A stretch of 29,618 nt of DNA from a virus (Duplodnaviria > Caudoviricetes): IMG/VR virus record IMGVR_UViG_3300020045_000605, positions 1 to 29,618 of that record. The stretch is one strand, 5' to 3'. Position 1 is the stretch's first letter. Each line of letters opens with the position of its first letter. The notes under the pieces are model-generated. The model was not told where the DNA came from. It saw nothing but the letters and a program-made list of their open reading frames with translations, and did not search any database. The translations under genes were made by a program, and so were the position numbers. Positions 1 through 9,592 of this stretch are shown in pieces.

Positions 1-118
1 TTGCTGATAATGTAATTGAGAATTTACTTACAATGGGAGGAGCTTCTAGATTTACTAGGATGCAGGTATCTAAGGAAGGATTTGGATCAGCAATGCTGCA
101 GCAGGTTTTACCACCGAT
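1..118 (+). repeat. Inverted copy of 688-805 (internal part of the giant ejection-protein gene), 114/118 identical
   Basis: The reverse complement of 688-805 aligns to 1-118 with differences only at positions 56, 59, 65 and 96. All four are synonymous in the gene frame (ACC/ACT, AGA/AGG, CAA/CAG, TTG/CTG). Confidence 0.95.
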
Positions 119-205
119 ATAGCTTTTGAAGAAATTCAAATTCTTCCAAAGAAACTTACCTTGAAGAAAATAATAAAGTTGCTGAAAAAGCTGAAAAAAG
201 AATAG
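119..205 (+). other. Probable 3' remnant of a convergent plus-strand gene (IAFEEIQILPKKLTLKKIIKLLKKLKKE*)
   Basis: Open frame from the inverted-repeat junction to TAG at 203-205, at the terminator hairpin; no start codon is visible. Confidence 0.35.
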
Positions 206-230
206 GATGCAGATTTCTCCACATCCTATT
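193..230 (-). terminator. Rho-independent terminator ending the late operon (possibly bidirectional)
   Basis: Minus strand AATAGGATGTGGA-GAAA-TCTGCATCCTATT forms a 13-bp stem (2 G-U pairs) with a GNRA loop. It is followed by CTTTTTTC and lies 6 nt after the stop at 237. Confidence 0.85.
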
Positions 231-236
231 TATTAA

Positions 237-1958
237 TTACTGAATCGTCTTTGCTACATCAATATACTTTTTCAAAATCTGTTCTCTCTGATCCTTTAAC
301 TGACCAAGTCTCATTTGGACATTTTCTGTACTTGGCAGTTTTTCTAACTTATTAATAACCGCCTTATTTCTGTTCAATGCTGCTTGAAAATTCTCCTGTA
401 ACTTCATTTGCTTAAACCGATCTAGGTTAGCTTCAATGAAGGTTCTTTTATCAGTAGAATTTTCAAGCTGTTTTTTGAACAAGTCTGCAGCTTTCGTTGC
501 TTCAGAGAAGTCTTTCTCAGCTAATGATTTCTTATTCTCTTCTCCTCTCCCATAATGCCAATAATACAACTTACCTAATCCAGGAATAGAATCAATTATT
601 CTTGCATGATCAAAGCTACTGGTATCACCAGAGACATAATTATCATAACCTTCTGCTAAGTCTTTACTTGCAGAATTGATGAACTTCATCGGTGGTAAAA
701 CCTGCTGCAACATTGCTGATCCAAATCCTTCCTTAGATACTTGCATTCTGGTAAATCTAGAAGCTCCTCCCATTGTAAGTAAATTCTCAATTACATTATC
801 AGCAAATCTAGTTTCTTTTCCAAGCATCCAATCTTTTAATTCATCTGCACTAGCATTAGCAAGTGTAAGCAATGCCAACAGTTGAACCATATTCGTAAGT
901 CCTTGAATCTTCTGTTGTGGATTATCAGACTTAAGATTATGAATAACCTCCCTTCTGAAAACATCAAATTGCTTAATGGTATAAGTCTTGAGCATATAAG
1001 CAACTCGACCATTACCAGCCTTGAGATAAAATTCAGGCATTTCAGAAAGTGCTGCTGGTTGAAAATCAAGCACTTTTGAATAAAGCAACATCTTCACATT
1101 ATCACTTGGAACATCAGCTAGAATTTCCTGGACAACATCAAGAGATTTGCTTCCAAATGTTGGCTTGATCTTCTTAGCCAGGGCTTCAGGATCTCGTTTG
1201 GCTTCAGCCTTATATTGATCAAGTGCATTATTAATTAATACTTCTTTACCAATTGAATCAACCTTCTCCAGTCCTACAAGTTTAAATGCTTTACTAACTG
1301 CCTTACCTAATGTAGTTCCATCAGCAAACTCTTGAGCAATTCTTTCAAATCCCAGATCCTCTTTAGTTACTTCAGACTTGCCAGTTACTGCTTTACCAAG
1401 ATTTCTTACTGTTCCTAAAAATCCACTCGGCGTCCATACCTTCCCTACATACATTGCCCAGGCAAGATCACCTATCTGAGTTATTGCTGATGCAGGATTC
1501 GCCATAACATCAATATATGCAGCATTCTTAAATGCATTAACTACACCAGTAGTTCCATGCTCATTGAATCTTGCAGTTAAAATGTCTTTAACTGTCTTTT
1601 CATCTTTCGGAGCAATCCTACCAGCTACACGCATTTCATCAATATAAGCACCAATGTTTTCAGTATAATCACGTTGGATTTTATACATATTTAAACTCTG
1701 ATCAATTCTTGCAAGGTCTTCATTCAGCTCAATAATTCTATCTTGATATTCTGTAAAAGCTTCAGGATTTTCTGTCTGAGCCATATCAGCAAGCTGAGTA
1801 AATTTTATCAATTCAGCATTCTTTCGTTTGCTAGATGTTTTAAGAGCGCTGATTCTCTCTGGAACTTTACCAAAGAATTTCCTAGCCTCGATCTTCTTAG
1901 TCATACTGTAAACATACTGCATCAAAGACGCATCAGCATCCATGTAGAATTTTGCATA
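237..1958 (-). CDS. C-terminal part of giant internal virion/DNA-ejection protein (continues 1960-6918 across a frameshift)
   Basis: In the 592-aa ORF, the first ~19 residues overlap the upstream ORF out of frame. The joined read ...VFETIPK|YAKFYMDADASLMQY... is natural. The helical C-terminal region is typical of podovirus ejection proteins. Confidence 0.75.
   Translation of the reverse strand, partial: YAKFYMDADASLMQYVYSMTKKIEARKFFGKVPERISALKTSSKRKNAELIKFTQLADMAQTENPEAFTEYQDRIIELNEDLARIDQSLNMYKIQRDYTENIGAYIDEMRVAGRIAPKDEKTVKDILTARFNEHGTTGVVNAFKNAAYIDVMANPASAITQIGDLAWAMYVGKVWTPSGFLGTVRNLGKAVTGKSEVTKEDLGFERIAQEFADGTTLGKAVSKAFKLVGLEKVDSIGKEVLINNALDQYKAEAKRDPEALAKKIKPTFGSKSLDVVQEILADVPSDNVKMLLYSKVLDFQPAALSEMPEFYLKAGNGRVAYMLKTYTIKQFDVFRREVIHNLKSDNPQQKIQGLTNMVQLLALLTLANASADELKDWMLGKETRFADNVIENLLTMGGASRFTRMQVSKEGFGSAMLQQVLPPMKFINSASKDLAEGYDNYVSGDTSSFDHARIIDSIPGLGKLYYWHYGRGEENKKSLAEKDFSEATKAADLFKKQLENSTDKRTFIEANLDRFKQMKLQENFQAALNRNKAVINKLEKLPSTENVQMRLGQLKDQREQILKKYIDVAKTIQ
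688..805 (-). repeat. Internal copy of the left-end inverted repeat
   Basis: Reverse complement matches 1-118. Confidence 0.95.
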
Positions 1959-4900
1959 CTTTAGGAATAGTTTCAAATACACGAGCTTTAATGTTGCCAG
2001 GCCCACCAATACCATAATGCCTACCTAAGATCATATTACTTATTATGTCTGCTTTAACTTCAGGAAACTCTCGTTCAAATTGTGTTTGAGTTATTCCGAG
2101 TTTCTTTGCTTCAGATCTGATTGCTTCAGTAAATTCAGCACGCTGAGAAATTCCTTGAGTTGCCTGCAGGAAGCCTTCAGTGTCTTTGATTACACGCGGC
2201 CAGTAATCTTCAACAAAACCTACATCATATCCAACTTCAATTGCATCAGCACGAATTTGATCAAGCTTAGATCGAAGCAATTTTACCTGATCAGTCAGTC
2301 CATACTTACTCTCAATCCTTTCAATCTTTCCTGTGTCTGAATTTAGTCTAGCCCAATTCCATTCACTCTTATCAACTGGTGACATGTCTTTAGTTGCATC
2401 AAGCAATGGCTTTGCAGTCTTTAGAACATCAATGATCTTTTGACTAGTTTTAAAATCAAGCCATCTCAGGTGTTCTGAAAGTTCAGGATCAACTTTCTTA
2501 AGTCGAGTTGATATAGAGCCTAGAGCTTTATCAGCAAGTAACTTTACTTCATGGTATTTTATTCCTGCCTGTTGGACAATATTCTTCAAGAGATTATTCT
2601 TTTCTGCATATACTGCATCATAATCACTTTGAGGTAAACGTTGTTCGATTTCAAGAGATTCGTAAGATTCATTAATAGTTTGATTACTTTGATTAATATT
2701 CTCCTGACTAGCCAACTTTGCAATAATGCTTAATGTTTCACCAAAAACATTCTTATTCGTTCCTTGTATCCCCAATGCTTTCATTACCACTTCAACAAAG
2801 GCATCCCAGGCATTTCGCAAAACTCCTTTATCAGCAATAGTAGTTGCTTTCAGCAAAGTCTGAAACTGTTCATTTCCCATTGCTTGTGCAAGAAATTCAA
2901 ATTCATTCAGCAATCCATATGCAACACTATCATATTTAAAATTACCTTTCAGATTTTCTTTATATCCTAAACTTGATTTTTCAGTTTCAATCAAACTCAT
3001 TTGTGCTGGAGTAATAATAGCTTCTTTAATAGCTTTCAATTTTACTCGATCCATCAAGAGCTTCACTTGATCTCTGATTGCTGGATTCGCAATCATTTCA
3101 CGTGCAGTAACTGCATGCGTGATTTCATGAATTGAGCTAGTTAATTGTGACGGATCACGCAGAGTTATAGTGTTTACTTTTCCTGCTACATAATTTGCAC
3201 TTCTAACTGATGGATCAATTATTACTTTGATATCAAGCTTGGATTCAGGTATGAAGTCTGCAATAAAGTTTGCAAGCTGGCCAGTTAGGCCTTCAGCAGA
3301 TTTTACTGCAGAAAGAATATTGCCAAGGTTTGTTTCTTGTTTTATACTTGCTGATGGATTATAAGCTTGTCCATTCGACAATTCAAACATTGGCATACCT
3401 TCATTGAGAGCTTTAGCTTTCATTCTCTCAGTGATTGGTAAAGAAAAAACATTTAATGTATTAGCTTCATAACCATCCTGATAATATTTATTTGTTAAAG
3501 TATTTAACTCTCCTTGAGGAATCTCAATCTTTTCAACTTTTGCATTTCCCCACTTACCACGATTGAATTCACTATTCAACATTCTTGGTAAGTCAACAAG
3601 ATATCTATTAACAATAGAAGATACGTTTCTATAATCACCAACAAAATAAGAAGTTCCTTGACCTAAATCACTTTCTCTTGCTTCTATTTCTGGCCAACTT
3701 TCAATTTGTTCTATTTGTTGAAGTGTACTTGGCCAAGAGATTTTATCAAAACCATTCTCAGCAGCATATCTGACCATTCGCTTCATTGCAAGTAAAGGCC
3801 ATGTTTTCTTGAATGGAGCGTCTGGAATATCACTACGTCCATCAGGTAAATTACTTTGATCCGTAGCAATTAACTCATAGAGTTCTGCATCTTCTTTAGA
3901 TACTCCTTGCTCAACAAGAGGCAATGCATCAGGATAGCCCATTAAATATGCTTGAAAATCAGTATTAGGATATTTCTGCTCAATACGATTTAATTCAGAT
4001 GTTGTAGTAATTTGATTTTTAGTTTGATAACCACTTTTTCTCCCAGCCTGATGCCAATCACTTTGAACCTCGTTAATGAATAAAACTTTATTACCTTCAG
4101 AATCAGTTCTTTCATCAAATCTAATATGAGCTAAAATGTTTGGTGCATCAAAATGAGCTGAAGTATAATTACTATTAGAAAGTTTAATAGCTTTTTTATC
4201 TAATTCATCTAATTTATCAGTTTCTTCTTTTGTTAATTTTTCCTCCAGCTTAAAATAATTTCCTTCGTTATATTTTTCTACCATTTTTTGGTAAAAATTT
4301 TTATATTCTTCATTTGCAGTATTTTGTATTTCAGGAATAGTAATTAAAAGTTCTTTATAATTTTTTCCACCTGGAAGCTTAGCATCAGAGTACTGAGTAT
4401 TTGTTTCTCTTATAGTAACTTCTTCCAGCTGAACATTATTTTCCTGAATAAAATTCATCAAAGCATCTTTACTTACTTTTCCTTCTTGCTTATCAAGCCA
4501 TTCATTCAAGCCGATCCAATCAAGTTCTTCCTGCTTAATACCAGGATAGTTCTTAATCATTCCTTTCCATTGATCAGGAGTTGCTTGCTTCTGCTGAAAT
4601 CCTTTCACAACATTTTCAAGTGCAGAATACCATGCATTTGCAGGATCATTTCCTAATTCTTCAAAAGTATCAAACTGCTCAACTGAAGTTCGTATTAATG
4701 CATTATCTTTTTCTAATGTATCAATCTGATTTAAGAAATTTATTCTTTCAGTTCGATCAATTGTTTTATTTAATTGTTCTGTTAACTTTGCAATTTCAAA
4801 GTTGTTCTTATCTACAAGAATTTGTTGTTGGTCGGTCAATGGAACTTGCCGTTCATCAGTGAACGAACTTGTCTGACCTTTACCCATACCTGCTTTTTCA

Positions 4901-6918
4901 AATGCATAAGCAGATTGTTCAGCAGACTTTGTCGTAACTTCATTATAAGCATCAACATTAAAAGGACGTTTTTCCTCAGCAAAAAGCTGAGTATAAAACT
5001 TCTCACCTGCTTCTTGTGCTTTAGCAGCTTCTTCTTGCTTAACAATATCAGAAAGATTATTTTTTATGTAATCAGTATACTCCGCAATCTTTTCTGCATT
5101 TGGTTCAACATTAACCTTAGTCATTAACTGATCAAGATATTGCTTCCTATCTTCAGCCTTAACATTATTAATATGATTAACATAATCAGCAATATTTTTT
5201 GAACTTAATTCTTCCTGAAATACTTTCGCTGAGTCAATTGCATCTTTTTCAATTCCAACTTTATCACCAACATTTACTGTACCAAAAAGATCATTTAAAA
5301 TCTTTTGTCTTTCTTCACGAGTTGTATATGGAGCAAATGATTTATTTTCAACAATGTCTTTCTGTTTATCAGTAAGAGTATTCTTCTCTTTTCGAAGATT
5401 AAAAACTCGATCAGCGATTAGTTTTTTCTTTTCAGGATCAGTTTCTTTAGCATATTGATCAACAGCAATTGATTCTCTTTTATTAATAGCGTCAAGATCA
5501 GTATTAATCTTTTGTGCTTCATCAATTACTTTTTGCCTGTTTTCTTCACGTTGGGCAGTAAACTTATTCTCAATATCTTTGATTGCTTTTTCTTCAGGAG
5601 ATAGTTTTTCATATTCTTTCTTAACTAATTCTTCCTTAGCTTTTATTCCTGCATTAATTTTATCGAGTAAAACCTGATTATTCTTATTCTCATAAACAGT
5701 CTTTGATAACAATTCAGCAGGTTCAATATTTAATTCTCTTGCCTTAGCTTCAAGTTTATCAACATCATTCAGAATTTCTTGATTTAATTTAAGATCAACA
5801 GATAGTTTTTGAACACTATCATTAAGTTGATCTTTTTCAAGATTAAGAATATTCGCTGCACGTCTATCTAATTCAATCTCTTGATCAGTTTTTAATTTAG
5901 CATCTTTTGCCTGACCAGAAAATACTGCATTAACTCCAGCACCAGCTCCGCCACCTACTGCACCAGCAGCCATGCTTTCAACAATTCGTTCAATATTTTG
6001 AGCAGTTAAAAGTTTTTCATCAGTATTAACTACAGTATTAAGAATATTAAGAGCTTCCTGACTACCTTCTTGTAATGCTTCTTGTGGAATATTAGTTAAA
6101 AGTTCTTTTGCTGATTTCTTAATAGTTCCAGTTGCCCCTTTACTAATAGCATCAACAAGAGTATCAACCAACTTACTATTACCACCAGCGAACTCTAATG
6201 CAGTTGCTAAAGAACCAAAAAGCATTGCTGTTCCAGGTGCATCAATTCCTTTTTCTGCTAACAATTCTCCATACATACCACCAGACTCTACTGGCATTAC
6301 AGCAGCTCCAATACCAGCTTTAGCACCAAGTTTTTTCAGTGCCTGACTAGTAACTTGCTTCTTTATTTGATCTTCAGCAAGCTCACCTACACTACGTTTC
6401 AATGCTTGTTCTGTAGCTTTTTCAATTCCTTTCTTAAGAATTGTTTTACCAGCTACACCACCTGCAACAGTACCTGGACCAGGAGCTACAGCAGATCCAA
6501 CAAGTGCACCAACTCCAGCTTCAACCATACTCGGAACTAATTCACCAAGAGTTCCTTGAACATAATCAATAGTTCCTCCAACGCCTGCATCACCAGTATA
6601 AACATCTTTAAAAGAATACTTTGCAGGATATTGTTTTACCTCTTCAATATTACGCTTGTATCCTTCAAGACCAAAATCTTTAACTGATTCACCTACTGAT
6701 TCAGCACCAAGATTTTTAAGTCCCTCACCTGCAAGTGCAGTTGCACCATAAGCAGATGCCTGAAGATTCTGCAAACCTCTCTGAATACCTTGTTTAAAAT
6801 CAGGCGTATCAGGATTTACATTAGATTTAGTAATACCAAAAATATCATCAAATTCTCCAGAAGCAGTATTTTCTTGTTCCGAAGAAATACCAAAAATATC
6901 ATCGTAATTATCAGCCAT
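1933..6918 (-). CDS. Giant internal virion/ejection protein, polyvalent type (N-terminal part)
   Basis: ~1660-aa ORF, start MADNY with upstream AAAGGA. It has a Gly/Ala-rich hydrophobic N-terminal region, long coiled coils, an EVQSDWHQ-containing globular domain and a zincin motif HEITH followed by EFEFLA. It is last in the structural operon. Confidence 0.75.
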   Translation of the reverse strand: MADNYDDIFGISSEQENTASGEFDDIFGITKSNVNPDTPDFKQGIQRGLQNLQASAYGATALAGEGLKNLGAESVGESVKDFGLEGYKRNIEEVKQYPAKYSFKDVYTGDAGVGGTIDYVQGTLGELVPSMVEAGVGALVGSAVAPGPGTVAGGVAGKTILKKGIEKATEQALKRSVGELAEDQIKKQVTSQALKKLGAKAGIGAAVMPVESGGMYGELLAEKGIDAPGTAMLFGSLATALEFAGGNSKLVDTLVDAISKGATGTIKKSAKELLTNIPQEALQEGSQEALNILNTVVNTDEKLLTAQNIERIVESMAAGAVGGGAGAGVNAVFSGQAKDAKLKTDQEIELDRRAANILNLEKDQLNDSVQKLSVDLKLNQEILNDVDKLEAKARELNIEPAELLSKTVYENKNNQVLLDKINAGIKAKEELVKKEYEKLSPEEKAIKDIENKFTAQREENRQKVIDEAQKINTDLDAINKRESIAVDQYAKETDPEKKKLIADRVFNLRKEKNTLTDKQKDIVENKSFAPYTTREERQKILNDLFGTVNVGDKVGIEKDAIDSAKVFQEELSSKNIADYVNHINNVKAEDRKQYLDQLMTKVNVEPNAEKIAEYTDYIKNNLSDIVKQEEAAKAQEAGEKFYTQLFAEEKRPFNVDAYNEVTTKSAEQSAYAFEKAGMGKGQTSSFTDERQVPLTDQQQILVDKNNFEIAKLTEQLNKTIDRTERINFLNQIDTLEKDNALIRTSVEQFDTFEELGNDPANAWYSALENVVKGFQQKQATPDQWKGMIKNYPGIKQEELDWIGLNEWLDKQEGKVSKDALMNFIQENNVQLEEVTIRETNTQYSDAKLPGGKNYKELLITIPEIQNTANEEYKNFYQKMVEKYNEGNYFKLEEKLTKEETDKLDELDKKAIKLSNSNYTSAHFDAPNILAHIRFDERTDSEGNKVLFINEVQSDWHQAGRKSGYQTKNQITTTSELNRIEQKYPNTDFQAYLMGYPDALPLVEQGVSKEDAELYELIATDQSNLPDGRSDIPDAPFKKTWPLLAMKRMVRYAAENGFDKISWPSTLQQIEQIESWPEIEARESDLGQGTSYFVGDYRNVSSIVNRYLVDLPRMLNSEFNRGKWGNAKVEKIEIPQGELNTLTNKYYQDGYEANTLNVFSLPITERMKAKALNEGMPMFELSNGQAYNPSASIKQETNLGNILSAVKSAEGLTGQLANFIADFIPESKLDIKVIIDPSVRSANYVAGKVNTITLRDPSQLTSSIHEITHAVTAREMIANPAIRDQVKLLMDRVKLKAIKEAIITPAQMSLIETEKSSLGYKENLKGNFKYDSVAYGLLNEFEFLAQAMGNEQFQTLLKATTIADKGVLRNAWDAFVEVVMKALGIQGTNKNVFGETLSIIAKLASQENINQSNQTINESYESLEIEQRLPQSDYDAVYAEKNNLLKNIVQQAGIKYHEVKLLADKALGSISTRLKKVDPELSEHLRWLDFKTSQKIIDVLKTAKPLLDATKDMSPVDKSEWNWARLNSDTGKIERIESKYGLTDQVKLLRSKLDQIRADAIEVGYDVGFVEDYWPRVIKDTEGFLQATQGISQRAEFTEAIRSEAKKLGITQTQFEREFPEVKADIISNMILGRHYGIGGPGNIKARVFETIPKVCKILHGC

Positions 6919-6944
6919 TATCAATCCTTTAGATAAATTTTATA

Positions 6945-8267
6945 TTATCTTGCTGAAAGTCTTTCATTAAGTTTTTTCATCATTTCAATTCTTTTTTCTG
7001 GAGAAGCAGATTCAAATGCTTTTTTGTATGCCGGATTTGAATTGATAATATCATTTGGATTTGATGATTTTGCCATACCACTAACATATTTACCTTCAGA
7101 ATTAGCTATCATAACTTCTTCTCGTGTCCCACCAAGTCCATCAGGTACTTTAACTACAATTGGTTTTGGAGCAGCTTTCTCTATTGCAGCCTGTGCTTGA
7201 AGATTTCGTAAGTTAACTTTTGATTCACTTTCAGAAATATCTTTTAAGTTTTTAAATCCAGCAAGTTGTGTATTTGCATTTAATTGTGCTTGCTGCAAAT
7301 TTCTAAGATTAGTTGAATCAGCAATATCTTTTTGATTTTGATATCCTAAAAGAGTTGTGTCTGCCGCTAATCTAGTTTTTTCTCTATCACGAACATCATC
7401 CTGATTTCTATAAAAGTCTCTTCTTGCAGTAGCACTTTCAATAACTTTTTTATCTTCACTAACTGCATCGTCCCAAGTTTTACTTGATTCTCCAGGCGAA
7501 TAAAGTTCAGGAGGAGTATTTGCACTTTTGCCTCGACTAAGAATCTTACTTACATTTTCTGCAGCTAACATTCCTTGATCATTAGAATTATTTTGAGTAT
7601 TATATCTATTTATTTGTGCTAAAGGCTGCACTGGTTTTTCAAGAAAAGCACTCTTAGCTTCAGGAGAAATAGAACTATCAAATGATACAGATAAATTACC
7701 ACCTTGATTAGAATTAATATTTTTTAAACCTAATGGTTTTTCAACTACAGTACTTTCAGGCACAAATGTATTTGCTTGTTCTTTTATTTGCTTAACTTTA
7801 TTTATTTGATCAAGTGTAATTGGTTTTCCTGTGCCTGGATCTACACCAGTAGATATAATTTCATCCATCTTTGAAATATTATTTTTAAGTTTATCAGCAT
7901 CATTCAATTTATATGCAAGAGTATTACCACCAATGTTATAAGTATTTATATTTCCATCAGTAGATGATGTCATTTTACCTAATTCTAAATCTCGTCTATT
8001 ATTTTGAGTTTCATTTATTACTGGTGCTTTTAATGTCGTTCCTAATCCAGCAAGTTCAATAGGTGTCATGTTAGTTATTTTTCCATGATCTTCCTGAGTG
8101 GTATTAATATTTTGTAAAACATTATCTTTAGGCACTAATTGTTCTGGCTTAACTATTGGTGATTCAACTCCAGGTAATGTATTGCTTTTAATATCTGTTT
8201 GAAAGATTGCTTCCTTACGTTTTCTTTCTTTTTCTTCATCAGTAATTTGTATATTATCTAATGCCAT
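6945..8267 (-). CDS. Putative internal virion protein (low-complexity, N/Q/K-rich)
   Basis: 440-aa ORF directly upstream of the giant ejection protein; no catalytic motif recognised. Confidence 0.55.
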   Translation of the reverse strand: MALDNIQITDEEKERKRKEAIFQTDIKSNTLPGVESPIVKPEQLVPKDNVLQNINTTQEDHGKITNMTPIELAGLGTTLKAPVINETQNNRRDLELGKMTSSTDGNINTYNIGGNTLAYKLNDADKLKNNISKMDEIISTGVDPGTGKPITLDQINKVKQIKEQANTFVPESTVVEKPLGLKNINSNQGGNLSVSFDSSISPEAKSAFLEKPVQPLAQINRYNTQNNSNDQGMLAAENVSKILSRGKSANTPPELYSPGESSKTWDDAVSEDKKVIESATARRDFYRNQDDVRDREKTRLAADTTLLGYQNQKDIADSTNLRNLQQAQLNANTQLAGFKNLKDISESESKVNLRNLQAQAAIEKAAPKPIVVKVPDGLGGTREEVMIANSEGKYVSGMAKSSNPNDIINSNPAYKKAFESASPEKRIEMMKKLNERLSAR

Positions 8268-8290
8268 TTTATCACCAATATTAATTTTTA

Positions 8291-8752
8291 TTATCTTCTT
8301 TTACTTAAATAAGTAGGCAATACTGTTACTTCATCTAAAGAAAACCAGCAACCACTAACATTCTCAACTTTATATCCCCAATAATAACCCATATTATTAT
8401 TTGGTACAGACATTTTCATAAACTGCTTTTCAGTACTATTTGGAGTAAATGTTATTGGAGTTCCATTAGCGCCATCAATTATAGGTGTAACAATAATAAC
8501 TCCATCTGTTTCTACACCAAGATATATAAAACGATTCTTCTTCTTGCCCATCCAGTTTAAAATACTTGAACCAGTTATAAAATATGCTGAAATATCTGTT
8601 CCTGCATCATCAGCTCCACAACATAATTTTCTTAAACCAACTGTACCAGCACCAAGTGGTATTCCATGAATAAGTGCCATTGATTGAAAATCAAAATTAC
8701 TATATTGAGTAGAAGCATTATTCTTAAGATTAGTTCTAACAGTACTTGACAT
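8291..8752 (-). CDS. Tail structural protein (resembles C-terminal beta region of podovirus nozzle/stabilisation proteins)
   Basis: 153 aa; STQYSNFDFQSM...GADDAGTDISAYFITG...KKNRFIYLG pattern; 1-nt overlap with the upstream gene. Confidence 0.5.
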   Translation of the reverse strand: MSSTVRTNLKNNASTQYSNFDFQSMALIHGIPLGAGTVGLRKLCCGADDAGTDISAYFITGSSILNWMGKKKNRFIYLGVETDGVIIVTPIIDGANGTPITFTPNSTEKQFMKMSVPNNNMGYYWGYKVENVSGCWFSLDEVTVLPTYLSKRR

Positions 8753-9582
8753 TATGCCTCCTTATAATCATGGCCTTCATTCAAGGTATTTCCTATTGAA
8801 TATCCAACCTGACGAGTCTCAGAATGTCCGAACGCCTCGCTGCGGCTTACACCAGTACTATGTGACAATCCAGCACTTGCATGAAACGATCCAGCCCAAG
8901 AAGCTACTGATTGCATTCCAATATTAGCCATTGCTTCAGCAATCTTTTCTCTCAACCCTGCGATAGCTTTTGCATACTCAAGTGCCCTATTATTAACCTC
9001 ATTAGCAAAATTACGAAGTATCTGCTCAAGATCTTTTGCCATGCCTATAATGAACTGGCTATTCTTCTGAGCGAGTTCAGCCTGCATAATAAGCGTCTTC
9101 TCATTAAGGTCAGTACGGTTTCTTGCTCGTTCATTGGCAAGCTCTGCAATTGCTCCTTGCATTGCACCAGTCGGTAGGGTAAAACCTCTAGTTGAAAAGA
9201 ACTCAAGAGTCTCTTGTTCCTGCTTATCGTCAATAATATCTTGCCTGGCTTGCGCTCGGTCGATGTATGCTTGTTCAACAGTAGCATTTACTCCGGTTGC
9301 ACCATCTTCCAAGTCAGTTAGCAAACGAGCAAGTAGCGTAGGAAACACCGAATTATCAGGAGAAACTTCAGCCCATGTAATCGGGCCATTAAGCAATGTA
9401 TTAAGTGTTTCTAAGTAGCCTCCGGTGCCTATAAGCCGCTCCAGCATCAAATCACTATTTTCTAGTGAGTCGTTGAATTTAGCTTCGACTAAGGCTTTAG
9501 TCTCTTCCGAGCCTGTTCCTGCAATGCTCGGAGTTCCAAAAGTAAACGGGGTTTGCGGCAATTTATCAACGAATGTTCCCAT
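8752..9582 (-). CDS. Putative internal virion protein
   Basis: 276 aa, helical; G-x-N-x-x-VEQA...FSTRGFTLPTGAM pattern recalled from podovirus virion proteins; SD AAGGAG. Confidence 0.55.
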   Translation of the reverse strand: MGTFVDKLPQTPFTFGTPSIAGTGSEETKALVEAKFNDSLENSDLMLERLIGTGGYLETLNTLLNGPITWAEVSPDNSVFPTLLARLLTDLEDGATGVNATVEQAYIDRAQARQDIIDDKQEQETLEFFSTRGFTLPTGAMQGAIAELANERARNRTDLNEKTLIMQAELAQKNSQFIIGMAKDLEQILRNFANEVNNRALEYAKAIAGLREKIAEAMANIGMQSVASWAGSFHASAGLSHSTGVSRSEAFGHSETRQVGYSIGNTLNEGHDYKEA

Positions 9583-9592
9583 AATAATCTCC

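Noticed and set aside
1-805. Diversity-generating retroelement TR/VR pair
   Set aside because: The differences are not adenine-specific, are all synonymous, and no reverse transcriptase is present.
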